Of a stretch of DNA of 64,000 nt, positions 9,240-18,045 are shown one piece after another. The translations under genes were made by a program, and so were the position numbers. The stretch's first letter is position 1; each line of letters begins with the position of its first letter. Origin of the DNA: Occultella glacieicola (GTDB taxonomy: Bacteria; Actinomycetota; Actinomycetes; Actinomycetales; Beutenbergiaceae); NCBI RefSeq assembly GCF_004353825.1, contig NZ_SMNA01000006.1, forward strand, positions 310,001 through 374,000, written 5' to 3'. The notes under the pieces are model-generated. The model saw only the letters and a list, made by a program, of their open reading frames with translations. It did no database searches and was not told the origin of the DNA.

Positions 9240-10184
9240 TCAGTGGCCGTCCGTCGTGGCCGTGGGCGCAACCGGCCGGTCGACGAAGTCGACCTGTCCG
9301 ATGACCGAGCCGGGCTCGGCCCGGAACCGCGGCCGGCTCGGCTCGAGGAGGTCGAGGCGTCCGTCGAACGTGGCCGCCATGAAGGCACGCAGGTCGGCGA
9401 GGCCCGCAGGGTCCGGCGAGCCCTGGAACGTGCGTTCCAGCAGGGTGCCGTACTCGGTGTGGTCGTGGCCGGGCGCCAGCACCAGGTCCGGCATGGACGC
9501 CATCAGGGCGCGAATGCGGGCGATCGAGTCCAGCTGCAGGCGCTGGGCCCGGCGTCCGAGCATGATCGGGCGGAGCCGGTCGACGGCCAGGTGGCGGACG
9601 GTGTACAGCGTGTCGCCGGCGCAGAGCAGGTCCCAGCCGGGGCCCCGGACCAGCACGCTCAGGTGCCCCGGTGCGTGGCCCGGGGTCGGCAGCAGCACCA
9701 CCGAACCGTCGCCGAAGAGGTCCTGGGTGGCCGCGAACGATCCGAACGGCCCGGAGTCGAGCCCTACGAGTTCTGGCTGCAGCCCGAGACCCTTCAGGGA
9801 CGGCGTCCGACGGTACGGGAAGATCCCCAGGTTCCGGGCCCGCCACTGCTCGCGGGACACGAACACCCGGGAGCCGACGAGGTCCCGAACCCCGCCGAGA
9901 TGGTCCTCGTGCAGGTGGGTGAGGACCACCACGTCGATGTCCGACGGCGTCAGGTCCAGTCCGGCGAGTCGGTTCACCAGGTGCTCGCGTTGCTCGAGCT
10001 CGTACTCGTCCTCGTCGAACGCTGCCCGCAGCAGCGGGCCGTCGTAGTACTCGCGGTGGCGGTGTGCCTGGTCGTGGTTGATCCCGGTGTCGACGAGGAT
10101 CCGGCCGTGCTCCGGATGCTCGACGAGGAAGGCGAAGATCGGGACCCGGATGAAGTGGGACTTGTCACTCAGGAAGCTCACCAT
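9240..10184 (-). CDS. N-acyl-homoserine-lactonase-family metallo-beta-lactamase-fold hydrolase (true start probably GTG 10288, separated by a 1-nt frameshift)
   Basis: LVDTG, THLHEDHLGG (HxHxDH), TPGHAPGH, AGDT, PGHD motifs. Confidence 0.82.
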   Translation of the reverse strand: MVSFLSDKSHFIRVPIFAFLVEHPEHGRILVDTGINHDQAHRHREYYDGPLLRAAFDEDEYELEQREHLVNRLAGLDLTPSDIDVVVLTHLHEDHLGGVRDLVGSRVFVSREQWRARNLGIFPYRRTPSLKGLGLQPELVGLDSGPFGSFAATQDLFGDGSVVLLPTPGHAPGHLSVLVRGPGWDLLCAGDTLYTVRHLAVDRLRPIMLGRRAQRLQLDSIARIRALMASMPDLVLAPGHDHTEYGTLLERTFQGSPDPAGLADLRAFMAATFDGRLDLLEPSRPRFRAEPGSVIGQVDFVDRPVAPTATTDGH

Positions 10185-10284
10185 CGCGCGCAGCCCCAGC
10201 CACTCCCCTCGGTCCCGCCGTAGAACTGCCCGAAGGGAACCTTCGTCGCCCCGATCCGGAGCACGTGCACCGCGGTCGGATCGC

Positions 10285-10998
10285 TCACTTCTCCTCCGGC
10301 ACGCGCCGGCGCGCGGCCGCGCTCGCCCACGCCTCGATGTCGGGCCCGGTGACGAAGTCCAGCTCCCCGTGGTCGAGCGCGAGGACGCGCTGCAACGCCC
10401 CGACGTGTGCCGTGACGGTCCGCCGCAGGTCGTCCGGGCCGGCGCTGCCCTGCATGATGGCGAGAATGGCCCGGCCGGACCGGTCGGCGAGGTCCTGGAC
10501 GAGGGTGATCACGATGTCGGCGAGCGCCGCGGGGTCGTCCTGCGTGATCGAGCCCTCGTCCCGGGCGTCCGTCAGCACCCGGGTGACGAGCGGGGTGAGC
10601 CGGGCGGCACCCTCGCGTCGCAGGCGAGCCGCGACGATCGCGTTCGACTCGGCGAGTACCGGGGCGGCCGCCTCCACGAGGAACTCCCGGTCCGCCGACT
10701 TCGCCCCGGACAGCGTGGCCAGGAACGCGCGCAGCCGGTCCAGCGCCGGTCCGGGGCGCTCGACGATCGGCGCCAGCGCGACCTCCCAGGCCCGGAGCCG
10801 ACGCTCGAGCAGCGCCGTGAGCACGTCGTCCTTCGCTTGGAAGTAGTGATAGAAGGCACCCTTCGAGATCCCCGCGGCACCGAGGATGTCCGCGATGGTG
10901 ACGCGGTCGTAGCCCCTCGTCACGATCAGGTGCTCGAGCACGTCGAGGATCGCCTCACGTTTGCGCCGATGAGCCTGCGGGTCGAGCGTGCGCGCCAT
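10285..10998 (-). CDS. TetR/AcrR family regulator
   Basis: GYDRVTIADILGAAGISKGAFYHYFQAKDD HTH. Confidence 0.92.
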   Translation of the reverse strand: MARTLDPQAHRRKREAILDVLEHLIVTRGYDRVTIADILGAAGISKGAFYHYFQAKDDVLTALLERRLRAWEVALAPIVERPGPALDRLRAFLATLSGAKSADREFLVEAAAPVLAESNAIVAARLRREGAARLTPLVTRVLTDARDEGSITQDDPAALADIVITLVQDLADRSGRAILAIMQGSAGPDDLRRTVTAHVGALQRVLALDHGELDFVTGPDIEAWASAAARRRVPEEK

Positions 10999-11007
10999 GT
11001 GACCTCC

Positions 11008-11030
11008 AATAAACCGACTGTCGGTCTATT
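11008..11030. promoter_or_regulatory. Probable TetR autoregulatory operator
   Basis: AATAAACCGAC-T-GTCGGTCTATT near-perfect 23-bp palindrome 10 bp upstream of the tetR start. Confidence 0.7.
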
Positions 11031-11096
11031 ATTCACGCAGCCGACTCCACCTGGCAAGGCCACCGATCACGAGCGGCGGTTTCGGCTCGACCAGCG

Positions 11097-13394
11097 TCAG
11101 GGCCGGGCGAGCTCCACCAGCAGGTCGCGCACCTCGAGCCGGTCGACCTGGTTGCCGGAGTCGCCGAATCCCCGGGAGGCACTCTCGGCCGCGGCCAGCG
11201 CCGCGCCACGCTCGCCCAGTGCCTGGTGGCCCCGGGCCCGGAGCAGGTGCATCCGCGCGATGCCGTTCCGGTCCCCGACCCGCTCCAGGGCGTGGATCGC
11301 CGGGCCCGCACTGCCGACGGCGGCGCGCCAGTCCGCGTGCTCGGACCAGACCCGGGCGATCGCGGCCAGCGCCTGCGCGGCGGTGAACTCCGCGACCTGC
11401 CCCCGCGGGCGCGTAGCGGGGTCGGTCACCAGGTCCACCACCTCACGCAGGGTTCCGACCGCCTCGGTCGCGCGACCGAGCCGGGCGAGGGCGATCGCGC
11501 GGCACATGATCGCCTGCGGCAGACCCTCGCGGTCCCCGACCTGACGGAACAGCCCGGCCGCGGCCGCCGCCCCGCTCAGGGACAGCACCGGGTCGTCCTC
11601 GCGTGCCGTCCAGGCGACGTAGTACTGGGCCCAGGCCGTCAGCACCGGATCGCCGGACCGCCGAGCCGCCTCCAGCCCGGCGCCCGCCGCCGCCATCGCC
11701 GCGGCGTGGTCACCCCGGCATCGGCGCTGGGCCCACGCGAGATAGCCGAGGTGGGTGGCCCGCAGTCCCTCGTCGCCGAGCGACTGCGCGGCCTCGGCCG
11801 AGGCTCCGAAGAGCGTGTGCCAGCGCCCCCAGGTCGGCCACAGGTCGGAGAACCAGTGCAGCGACTCCGCCACCTCGATGACCCGCTCGTGCGCGTCGGC
11901 TCGCGCCGCGCGCTGGAGCGCCGGGAACCAGTTGTCCGCCTCCGCGGTGAGCCAGGCTCGAGCGTCGTCTGCGCACCGCAGCGGCACCGGGTCGTCGAGG
12001 TCCGCAGAGCCCGCACCGAGGATCTCGGGCTCGAACCAGCGTCCGGCCCGGACCACGGTGTCCAGCAGCCAGGTGTCGGCGACGGCGCGGGCCTGCTCCC
12101 GTGACGCCGGTGCCTCCTGCGCACCGAACTCCGCGTGCGCGTACAGGCGCAGCAGGTCGTGCAGCAGGTAGCGGTCACCCACCGCCGGCTGTACCAGGCC
12201 CAGTTCCACGAGTTCGTCGAGGAGGTCCTCGGCGTGCCAGACCTCCAGTCCGGAGACCGCGGCTGCCACGCCCGGCCCGAAGGTCCGCCCGTCCGCGAGG
12301 GCCAACCGCCGGAACAGCCGTTGCGCGGCCGCGCCGAGCTGCCGGTAGGAGAGTCCGACCGCCGTGCGGATCGTGAGGTCCCCGGCCGTGAGCGCGTCGA
12401 GCCGCCGATCCGGCACGGCGAGCCGCTCCGTCAACTTGGCGACCGTCCACCCGCGGCGGCTGGCGAGCCGGTTCCCGGCGATCCGCAGGGCGAGCGGGAC
12501 GCCGTCGCAGAACTGGGCCAGGCGGGCGAGCTCGGGGGCCGATGCCTGCCACCGCGGCAGGATCGTCGCGAGCATCGCCTGCGCGTCCGCGTCCGCGAGG
12601 CGGTCGAGATGGATCCGGTGCACCCCGTCGAGCCCGGTGAGCGCTCGGCGGCTCGTCACCAGGACCGCAGCCGGGCCGGAACCGGGCAGCACCGCCCGGA
12701 CCTGGGCCTCGCTGCCGGCGTCGTCGAGGATCAGCAGCACCCGGCGTTCCTTGAGCAGGTCGCGCAACCGCGCCGGATCCGAGCGGCCCTCGACCCGCTG
12801 GGAGCCCAGGGCGCCCATCAGTTCGGCGATCACCTCGCCGGGTGCGAGGGTCACCGGGGACATGGCCCCGAGATCGAGGAAGACCTGCTCGGGGAACGTC
12901 TCCCGCAGCAGGGCCGCCGCCTGCACGGCGAGGCTGGTCTTGCCGTACCCGGGTGGCCCGGTCACGACCACGACCGGCGCCGGAACGAGGGTCGGGCCCG
13001 TCCCGTCGCCGTCGCGCTCGAGATCGCGCAGCGCCGCCGTCAGGGCGGCGAGCTCCCTGGCGCGGCCCGCGAAGTCCGCAACCGCACGCGGCAACGGAAG
13101 GTGCGTGCCGCCGTCGGGCAGGGAATCGGGCGGGACGGGCGGCGCACCACGCGGGCCGGCGCGACGTCGCCCGGCCCGCGCCGCGGCGACCAAAGCCGAC
13201 CGCTCCGGCTCCGGCAGCCGCAACCCTCCGGCGATCGCGAGCATGGTGCGGTGGTGCGGGCCGAGAGCCGCGCCGCGCTCGATGTCGCCGAGCGCCCGGT
13301 CGCTGACCCCGGATCGCTCGGCGAGCTGCTCGAGGGTCAGGTCGGCGCCGGTGCGCAGCCTGCGCAGCAGGGTCCCGAGGGGTTCGGGCGCCAT
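11097..13394 (-). CDS. XRE-HTH / NB-ARC (STAND ATPase) / TPR-like transcriptional regulator
   Basis: LTLEQLAERSGVSDRALGDIERG; Walker A GPPGYGKT; Walker B LLILDD; GVPLAL; LHDLLR; helical repeat C-terminus. Confidence 0.88.
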   Translation of the reverse strand: MAPEPLGTLLRRLRTGADLTLEQLAERSGVSDRALGDIERGAALGPHHRTMLAIAGGLRLPEPERSALVAAARAGRRRAGPRGAPPVPPDSLPDGGTHLPLPRAVADFAGRARELAALTAALRDLERDGDGTGPTLVPAPVVVVTGPPGYGKTSLAVQAAALLRETFPEQVFLDLGAMSPVTLAPGEVIAELMGALGSQRVEGRSDPARLRDLLKERRVLLILDDAGSEAQVRAVLPGSGPAAVLVTSRRALTGLDGVHRIHLDRLADADAQAMLATILPRWQASAPELARLAQFCDGVPLALRIAGNRLASRRGWTVAKLTERLAVPDRRLDALTAGDLTIRTAVGLSYRQLGAAAQRLFRRLALADGRTFGPGVAAAVSGLEVWHAEDLLDELVELGLVQPAVGDRYLLHDLLRLYAHAEFGAQEAPASREQARAVADTWLLDTVVRAGRWFEPEILGAGSADLDDPVPLRCADDARAWLTAEADNWFPALQRAARADAHERVIEVAESLHWFSDLWPTWGRWHTLFGASAEAAQSLGDEGLRATHLGYLAWAQRRCRGDHAAAMAAAGAGLEAARRSGDPVLTAWAQYYVAWTAREDDPVLSLSGAAAAAGLFRQVGDREGLPQAIMCRAIALARLGRATEAVGTLREVVDLVTDPATRPRGQVAEFTAAQALAAIARVWSEHADWRAAVGSAGPAIHALERVGDRNGIARMHLLRARGHQALGERGAALAAAESASRGFGDSGNQVDRLEVRDLLVELARP

Positions 13395-13595
13395 GGCGGC
13401 TCTCCAGGGTGGGTCGCGGATGCTGACACCAACTCAGACCGGGCGGACCACCAGGGTGTGACACCCGACCCGGCGTCGGTGGAACGCAGGAGGGAACGCA
13501 CTTCCTGCCGGAGAACTTCCTGGTCCGCCGGGCACCTCCTTGCGAACCTCGATGAGGCGACACGACCTGCCGCCCGAACCCGAGAAGGAGAGAGC

Positions 13596-14549
13596 ATGAG
13601 CGAGATCATCCTGGAGCCCGAGGCCCAGGCGGTCGCGGACGCTTCGTCCAAGCCGCCGTACCTGTACGAGCTGGGCACCGAGGGCGCCCGCAGGGCGCTC
13701 GACGACATCCAGGCCGCACCGGTCGACAAGCCGGATGTCGACGAACGGTGGCTACGGGTGCCGGCGGAGGTCGGCGGTGTGGACGTCCGGATCGTGCGAC
13801 CGGTCGGGGCCGAGGGCCCGCTGCCGGTCGTGCTGTACGTGCACGGCGGCGGCTGGGTGCTCGGCAACGCCGGCACGCACGACCGCCTCGTCCGCGAACT
13901 CGCCGTGGGCGTGCACGCCGCGATCGTGTTCGTGGAGTACACCCGCTCCCCCGAGGCGCGCTACCCGGTCGCCATCGAGCAGGCCTACGCGACCGCCCGC
14001 TGGATCAGCACCGACGGCGCCGATCATGGTCTCGATGCCACTCGGATCGCCGTGGCCGGGGACTCCGTCGGCGGCAACATGACCGCTGCGCTCACGCTCC
14101 TCGCCAAGCAGCGCGGCGACGTGACGTTCGTGCACCAGTCCCTGTACTACCCGGTCACCGACGCCGCCCAGGACACCGCCAGCTACCGCGACTTCGCCGA
14201 CGGCCCGTTCCTGACCGCGAAGGGCATGGCCTGGTTCTGGGACGCCTACTCCCCCGACGCCGACGGCCGCCGCGGCGAGATCACCGCTTCACCGCTGCGC
14301 GCCACCCTCGACGAGCTCGCCGACCTGCCGCCCGCGTTCGTGATCGTGGACGAGAACGACGTCCTGCGGGACGAGGGCGAGGCCTACGCCAGGCGCCTCA
14401 CCCAGGCCGGTGTCCCGACCACGAGCGTCCGCTACAACGCGATCATCCACGACTTCATGATGCTCAACCCGGTGCGCCGGAGCCAGGCGAGCACGGCCGC
14501 GATCGAGCAGGCCGTGCACGTGCTGCGCAAGGCCCTCGGCACCCTCTGA
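13596..14549 (+). CDS. Alpha/beta hydrolase, HSL-type esterase
   Basis: HGGGW oxyanion motif, GDSVGG nucleophile, DVLRDEG, HDF; RBS AAGGAG. Confidence 0.9.
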   Translation: MSEIILEPEAQAVADASSKPPYLYELGTEGARRALDDIQAAPVDKPDVDERWLRVPAEVGGVDVRIVRPVGAEGPLPVVLYVHGGGWVLGNAGTHDRLVRELAVGVHAAIVFVEYTRSPEARYPVAIEQAYATARWISTDGADHGLDATRIAVAGDSVGGNMTAALTLLAKQRGDVTFVHQSLYYPVTDAAQDTASYRDFADGPFLTAKGMAWFWDAYSPDADGRRGEITASPLRATLDELADLPPAFVIVDENDVLRDEGEAYARRLTQAGVPTTSVRYNAIIHDFMMLNPVRRSQASTAAIEQAVHVLRKALGTL

Positions 14550-14593
14550 CCAGCCCATCCCCCGCAGTACCCCACCGAAGAGAGAGAAGAACC

Positions 14594-15307
14594 ATGTCCA
14601 CCACCCCCACAGTGCTGCTCGTGCACGGCGCGTTCGCCGAGTCCGCGAGCTGGAACGGTGTCATCACGCGCCTGCAGGGCGAGTCCGTCCGGGCGGTCGC
14701 GGTCGCGAACCCGCTGCGTTCGGTCGCCGGCGACGGTGACCACGTGCGCGCCGTCGCCGACGCCATCGGCGGCCCGGTGCTGCTCGTCGGTCACTCCTAC
14801 GGCGGCATGGTGATCAGCCATGCCGGCGCGGACAACCCGAACGTGGCCGGCCTCGTCTACGTCGCCGCGTTCGTCCCCGAGACCGGCGAGTCCGCCCTGG
14901 AGCTGTCCGCGAAGTTCCCCGGCAGCACCCTCGGCGACGCACTGCTCGGCTACCCCGTGCCCGGCGGCGACGTCGAGCTGCGGATCACCGGCGAGAAGTT
15001 CCACCAGCAGTTCGCCCACGACGTCCCGGCCGACCTCGCGGCGACCATGGCCGCCACCCAGCGGCCGGTCACCGAGGCGGCCCTGAAGGAGGCGCTGGCC
15101 GTGCCGGCGCCGTGGCGGGCGGTGCCGACCTGGTCCATCTGGGCCGAGCAGGACCGCAACATCCCGGCCGAGCTCGAGGCGTTCACGGCCGAGCGGGCCG
15201 CGACCCGGGCGGCGATCGAGATCGCGGGCGCGTCCCACGCGCTCTCGGTCTCGCAGCCCGACGCGGTGGCCAAGGTGATCCTGGAGGCGGTGCGCACTAC
15301 TTCCTGA
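14594..15307 (+). CDS. Alpha/beta hydrolase
   Basis: LLVHGAFA, GHSYGG, GASH motifs. Confidence 0.88.
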   Translation: MSTTPTVLLVHGAFAESASWNGVITRLQGESVRAVAVANPLRSVAGDGDHVRAVADAIGGPVLLVGHSYGGMVISHAGADNPNVAGLVYVAAFVPETGESALELSAKFPGSTLGDALLGYPVPGGDVELRITGEKFHQQFAHDVPADLAATMAATQRPVTEAALKEALAVPAPWRAVPTWSIWAEQDRNIPAELEAFTAERAATRAAIEIAGASHALSVSQPDAVAKVILEAVRTTS

Positions 15308-15311
15308 ACGC

Positions 15312-15352
15312 CCTCCGGCCGCCGGCGAGGTTGCCCCGTCGGCGGCCGGAGG
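15312..15352 (+). terminator. Strong hairpin after the hydrolase pair
   Basis: 13-bp perfect stem CCTCCGGCCGCCG / CGGCGGCCGGAGG. Confidence 0.55.
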
Positions 15353-15463
15353 TCGTGACTCCTCCGGCGCGCCCCTGCGGTCTCAGCCGGTCCTTCCCGT
15401 TGAGGCCCGCGGTGGCCGGGCGTAGTGTCGCCGGTGACCGCGGACGTTCGCTCTGGAGGCACG

Positions 15464-15859
15464 ATGCCCACCGACCAGTACCACGAACCACCCGGGGAGC
15501 TCTCCGAGCAGACCCGCACGTTCGCCCGGATGTGCGCGAGCCTGGCCGAGGAGGCCGAAGCCATCGGCTGGTACGAGCAGCGCATCTCCGTGGAGCCGGA
15601 CGAGGTCTCCCGGGCGATCATGCTCGACTCCCTCAAGGAGGAGTACAAGCACTTCTCGATGGAACTGGAGTTCCTGTTCCGGGCCAAGCCGCTCTGGGCG
15701 GAGATCGCCCGCGGGGTGCTGTTCCAGGAGGGCGACATCGTCGCGAACGGGGGCGCCGCCGAGGAGGGGGCCGGTACCGCGGAAGCGCCCGACGGCGCAG
15801 GTACTTCCGACGCCTCGGGCACCTTGGGCATCGGGTCACTGAAGGGGCAGGGACTATGA
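15464..15859 (+). CDS. Encapsulin-associated ferritin-like protein (EncFtn/Flp cargo)
   Basis: YHEP, SLAEEAEAIGWYEQR and EEYKH ferroxidase-type motifs; disordered linker then C-terminal targeting peptide GTLGIGSLKG. Confidence 0.9.
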   Translation: MPTDQYHEPPGELSEQTRTFARMCASLAEEAEAIGWYEQRISVEPDEVSRAIMLDSLKEEYKHFSMELEFLFRAKPLWAEIARGVLFQEGDIVANGGAAEEGAGTAEAPDGAGTSDASGTLGIGSLKGQGL

Positions 15860-16665
15860 ACCACCTCCTCAGGTCGCATGCGCCGATCTCGTCGGCCGCC
15901 TGGGACCAGCTCGACGCCGAGGCCACCGAGCGGCTCACCGTGGCGCTCGGCGCGCGCAAACTCGTCGACTTCTCCGGCCCGCTCGGGTGGGAGGCCTCCG
16001 CCACGAACCTGGGCCGGGTCGGCCCGGTCGCCGACACCCCCGCGCCGGGCGTGATCGCGCGGTCGCGCCGCGTGCTGGCCATGATCGAGGTCCGGGCGGA
16101 CTTCAGCGTGTCCCGCGACGAGCTTGCCGCCGCCGACCGCGGTGCCCCCGACCCGGACCTGACCGCCCTGGACGAGGCGGCCGTGCGGATCGCCGAGGTC
16201 GAGAACACCGCGATTATGCACGGCTGGACCGAGGCCGGCATCACCGGCATCACGCAGGCGAGCTCGCACCGGGCCCTGCCGCACGACCCGGACGCGACGC
16301 ACTACCCGCAGCAGGTGGCCGCCGCGGTGGCGACCCTGTTGCGCGCCGGGGTGGCCGGGCCGTACGGGCTGGCCCTCGGTCCGGCCGACTACACCGAGGT
16401 GATCGAGTCCGCCGAGAACGGCGGGTACCCCCTGTTCGACCACCTCCGCAAGATCCTCCAGGGCGGCCCCATCGTGTGGGTCCCCGGCCTGCGGGGCGGC
16501 ACCGTGATGAGCATGCGCGGCGGCGACTTCCTGTTCACCGCGGGCCAGGACTTCGCCATCGGTTACAGCCACCATGATTCCGAATCGGTGCACCTGTACC
16601 TGGAGGAGTCGTTCACGTTCCAGGTGGCCACCCCCGAGGCCGCGATCGAACTCTCGGACGAATAG
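15856..16665 (+). CDS. Family 1 encapsulin nanocompartment shell protein
   Basis: 269 aa; MNHLLRSHAPISSAAWDQLDAEA, RKLVDFSGPLGW, GQDFAIGY, LYLEESFTF; ATGA overlap with the cargo gene. Confidence 0.95.
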   Translation: MNHLLRSHAPISSAAWDQLDAEATERLTVALGARKLVDFSGPLGWEASATNLGRVGPVADTPAPGVIARSRRVLAMIEVRADFSVSRDELAAADRGAPDPDLTALDEAAVRIAEVENTAIMHGWTEAGITGITQASSHRALPHDPDATHYPQQVAAAVATLLRAGVAGPYGLALGPADYTEVIESAENGGYPLFDHLRKILQGGPIVWVPGLRGGTVMSMRGGDFLFTAGQDFAIGYSHHDSESVHLYLEESFTFQVATPEAAIELSDE

Positions 16666-16692
16666 TCGCCGTGGCGGGGCCCGCCCCGGCGA
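16666..16692. terminator. Hairpin between convergent encapsulin and MerR genes
   Basis: TCGCCGTGGCGG-GGC-CCGCCCCGGCGA. Confidence 0.5.
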
Positions 16693-17493
16693 TCAGTCCA
16701 CCCGGGCCTCGCCGGCCTCGATCACGTCGGCCAGGTCGGCGCCGGCCCGGAGCAGCGCGAGGCTCCGGGTGCCGACGTCCGCGAGCCGGGCCTCGAGGAT
16801 CCGGTTCGTCTCGCCCGGTTCACGTCCCAGCCGCACGAGGAGTCCGCGGACCGCATCGATGCCGTAGCCGGCCGCGCGCAGGGCCGCGACGATCCGAGCG
16901 GTCCGGGTCGTCGCGACGTCGTACCGGCGCACCCGCAACGAGGTCACCCGGTCGGGGTGCAGCAGGCCCTCGTGCTCCCAGTGCCGCAGCGTCGAGGTGC
17001 GCACCCCGAGTGCCCCGCCGAGCTCGGTGATGCTCATCGCGTCGGCCGGCCCGCCCACTCCGGCACCGGCGTCGGACCCGGGCGCCACGTCGGTCCGGGT
17101 GAGTCCCGTCGGCCCGTCCGCCTCGGCGGCGATGGCCCGCAGCGCGGCGCCGGCCGCGAGCAGGTCGGCTCGCTCGCGGTGAAGTCCCGCATGCAGCGCA
17201 CTGACCGCCGCCGCGGCAGCGGTGGCCGGACCCTCCGTGAGTCCGCGCAGGGTCCGGCGCGCCGTCACCGGCCCGGCGGCGACCGCGAGCCCCCGATACG
17301 CGCGCAAGGCACGCACGTGCCGTCGCGAGTAGACGCGGTACCCGTTCGGCGCCCTGGGCGCCGCCGGGATCACTCCGAGCCGCTCGAGGTCGCGGACCTG
17401 CTGGACCGAGTATCCGGTGATCCGGGCGAGGTCGACCGTTCGCAATGTGGGGTCCGCTGCTCCATCGGACGTGGAGCCTGCACGATCGCTCAT
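16693..17493 (-). CDS. MerR-family regulator with two HTH domains (TioE-like)
   Basis: LRTVDLARITGYSVQQVRDLERLG..NGYRVY and MSITELGGALGVRTSTLRHWEHEGLL. Confidence 0.82.
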   Translation of the reverse strand: MSDRAGSTSDGAADPTLRTVDLARITGYSVQQVRDLERLGVIPAAPRAPNGYRVYSRRHVRALRAYRGLAVAAGPVTARRTLRGLTEGPATAAAAAVSALHAGLHRERADLLAAGAALRAIAAEADGPTGLTRTDVAPGSDAGAGVGGPADAMSITELGGALGVRTSTLRHWEHEGLLHPDRVTSLRVRRYDVATTRTARIVAALRAAGYGIDAVRGLLVRLGREPGETNRILEARLADVGTRSLALLRAGADLADVIEAGEARVD

Positions 17494-17531
17494 CCAACCC
17501 CACATAAGCACTCGAAGGTCACACTTGAACT

Positions 17532-18008
17532 ATGACCACGAACTCGAGTATGGCTCAGATCATCGACACCGTGCACGCCCTTCCCGGTTCCCTCGTCCTC
17601 GCGCCCGGACCGGGATCGGAGTTCCCCGAGCTCGCCTGGGGTGACTCCTTCTTCTACTACGCCCCGGACGGACAGGTGCCCACGAACACCCAGCCGTACG
17701 CGACCGTCGTCACGAAGGACTATCCGGACGATACCGGTTCCGATCTCGACCCTGCGGGCCGCTGGCGACTCAACCTCCATGTGGGCCGGGACCGCTTCAC
17801 CGAGCTCACCGGCGCGACCCCCGGCGACCTCGCCGTCGGGCGGGACCCGAGCGCGACCGATGTCGTCATGGCGCACCCGGTCTACTCCGCCCTCGGGTGG
17901 GTCGCGATCGTCAACCCGGCGGAGGGCACCCTGAGCCTCGCGCTCGACCTGCTCCGGGAGGCGCACGAGGCGGCCGCCGCCCGGTACCGACGACGTCACG
18001 CCGAGTGA
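17532..18008 (+). CDS. DUF6194-like protein
   Basis: WGDSFFYYAPDG, PYATVVTKDYPDD, HPVYSALGWV motifs; divergent from the MerR gene. Confidence 0.72.
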   Translation: MTTNSSMAQIIDTVHALPGSLVLAPGPGSEFPELAWGDSFFYYAPDGQVPTNTQPYATVVTKDYPDDTGSDLDPAGRWRLNLHVGRDRFTELTGATPGDLAVGRDPSATDVVMAHPVYSALGWVAIVNPAEGTLSLALDLLREAHEAAAARYRRRHAE

Positions 18009-18045
18009 TCGGCGAGCGCCCGCGCGCGACCGGTGGGCAGCGCCC

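Noticed and set aside
11097..13394. Avs/NLR-like antiphage system
   Set aside because: The N-terminal domain is an XRE HTH rather than a nuclease or other effector; the architecture fits common actinobacterial transcription regulators
12135..13595. Long N-terminal extension of the esterase (804-aa ORF)
   Set aside because: Overlaps the NB-ARC gene antisense; a clear RBS and ATG exist at 13596
15856..16665. Prophage capsid gene
   Set aside because: HK97-fold relative, but it has encapsulin motifs, a cargo gene with targeting peptide and no phage genes nearby
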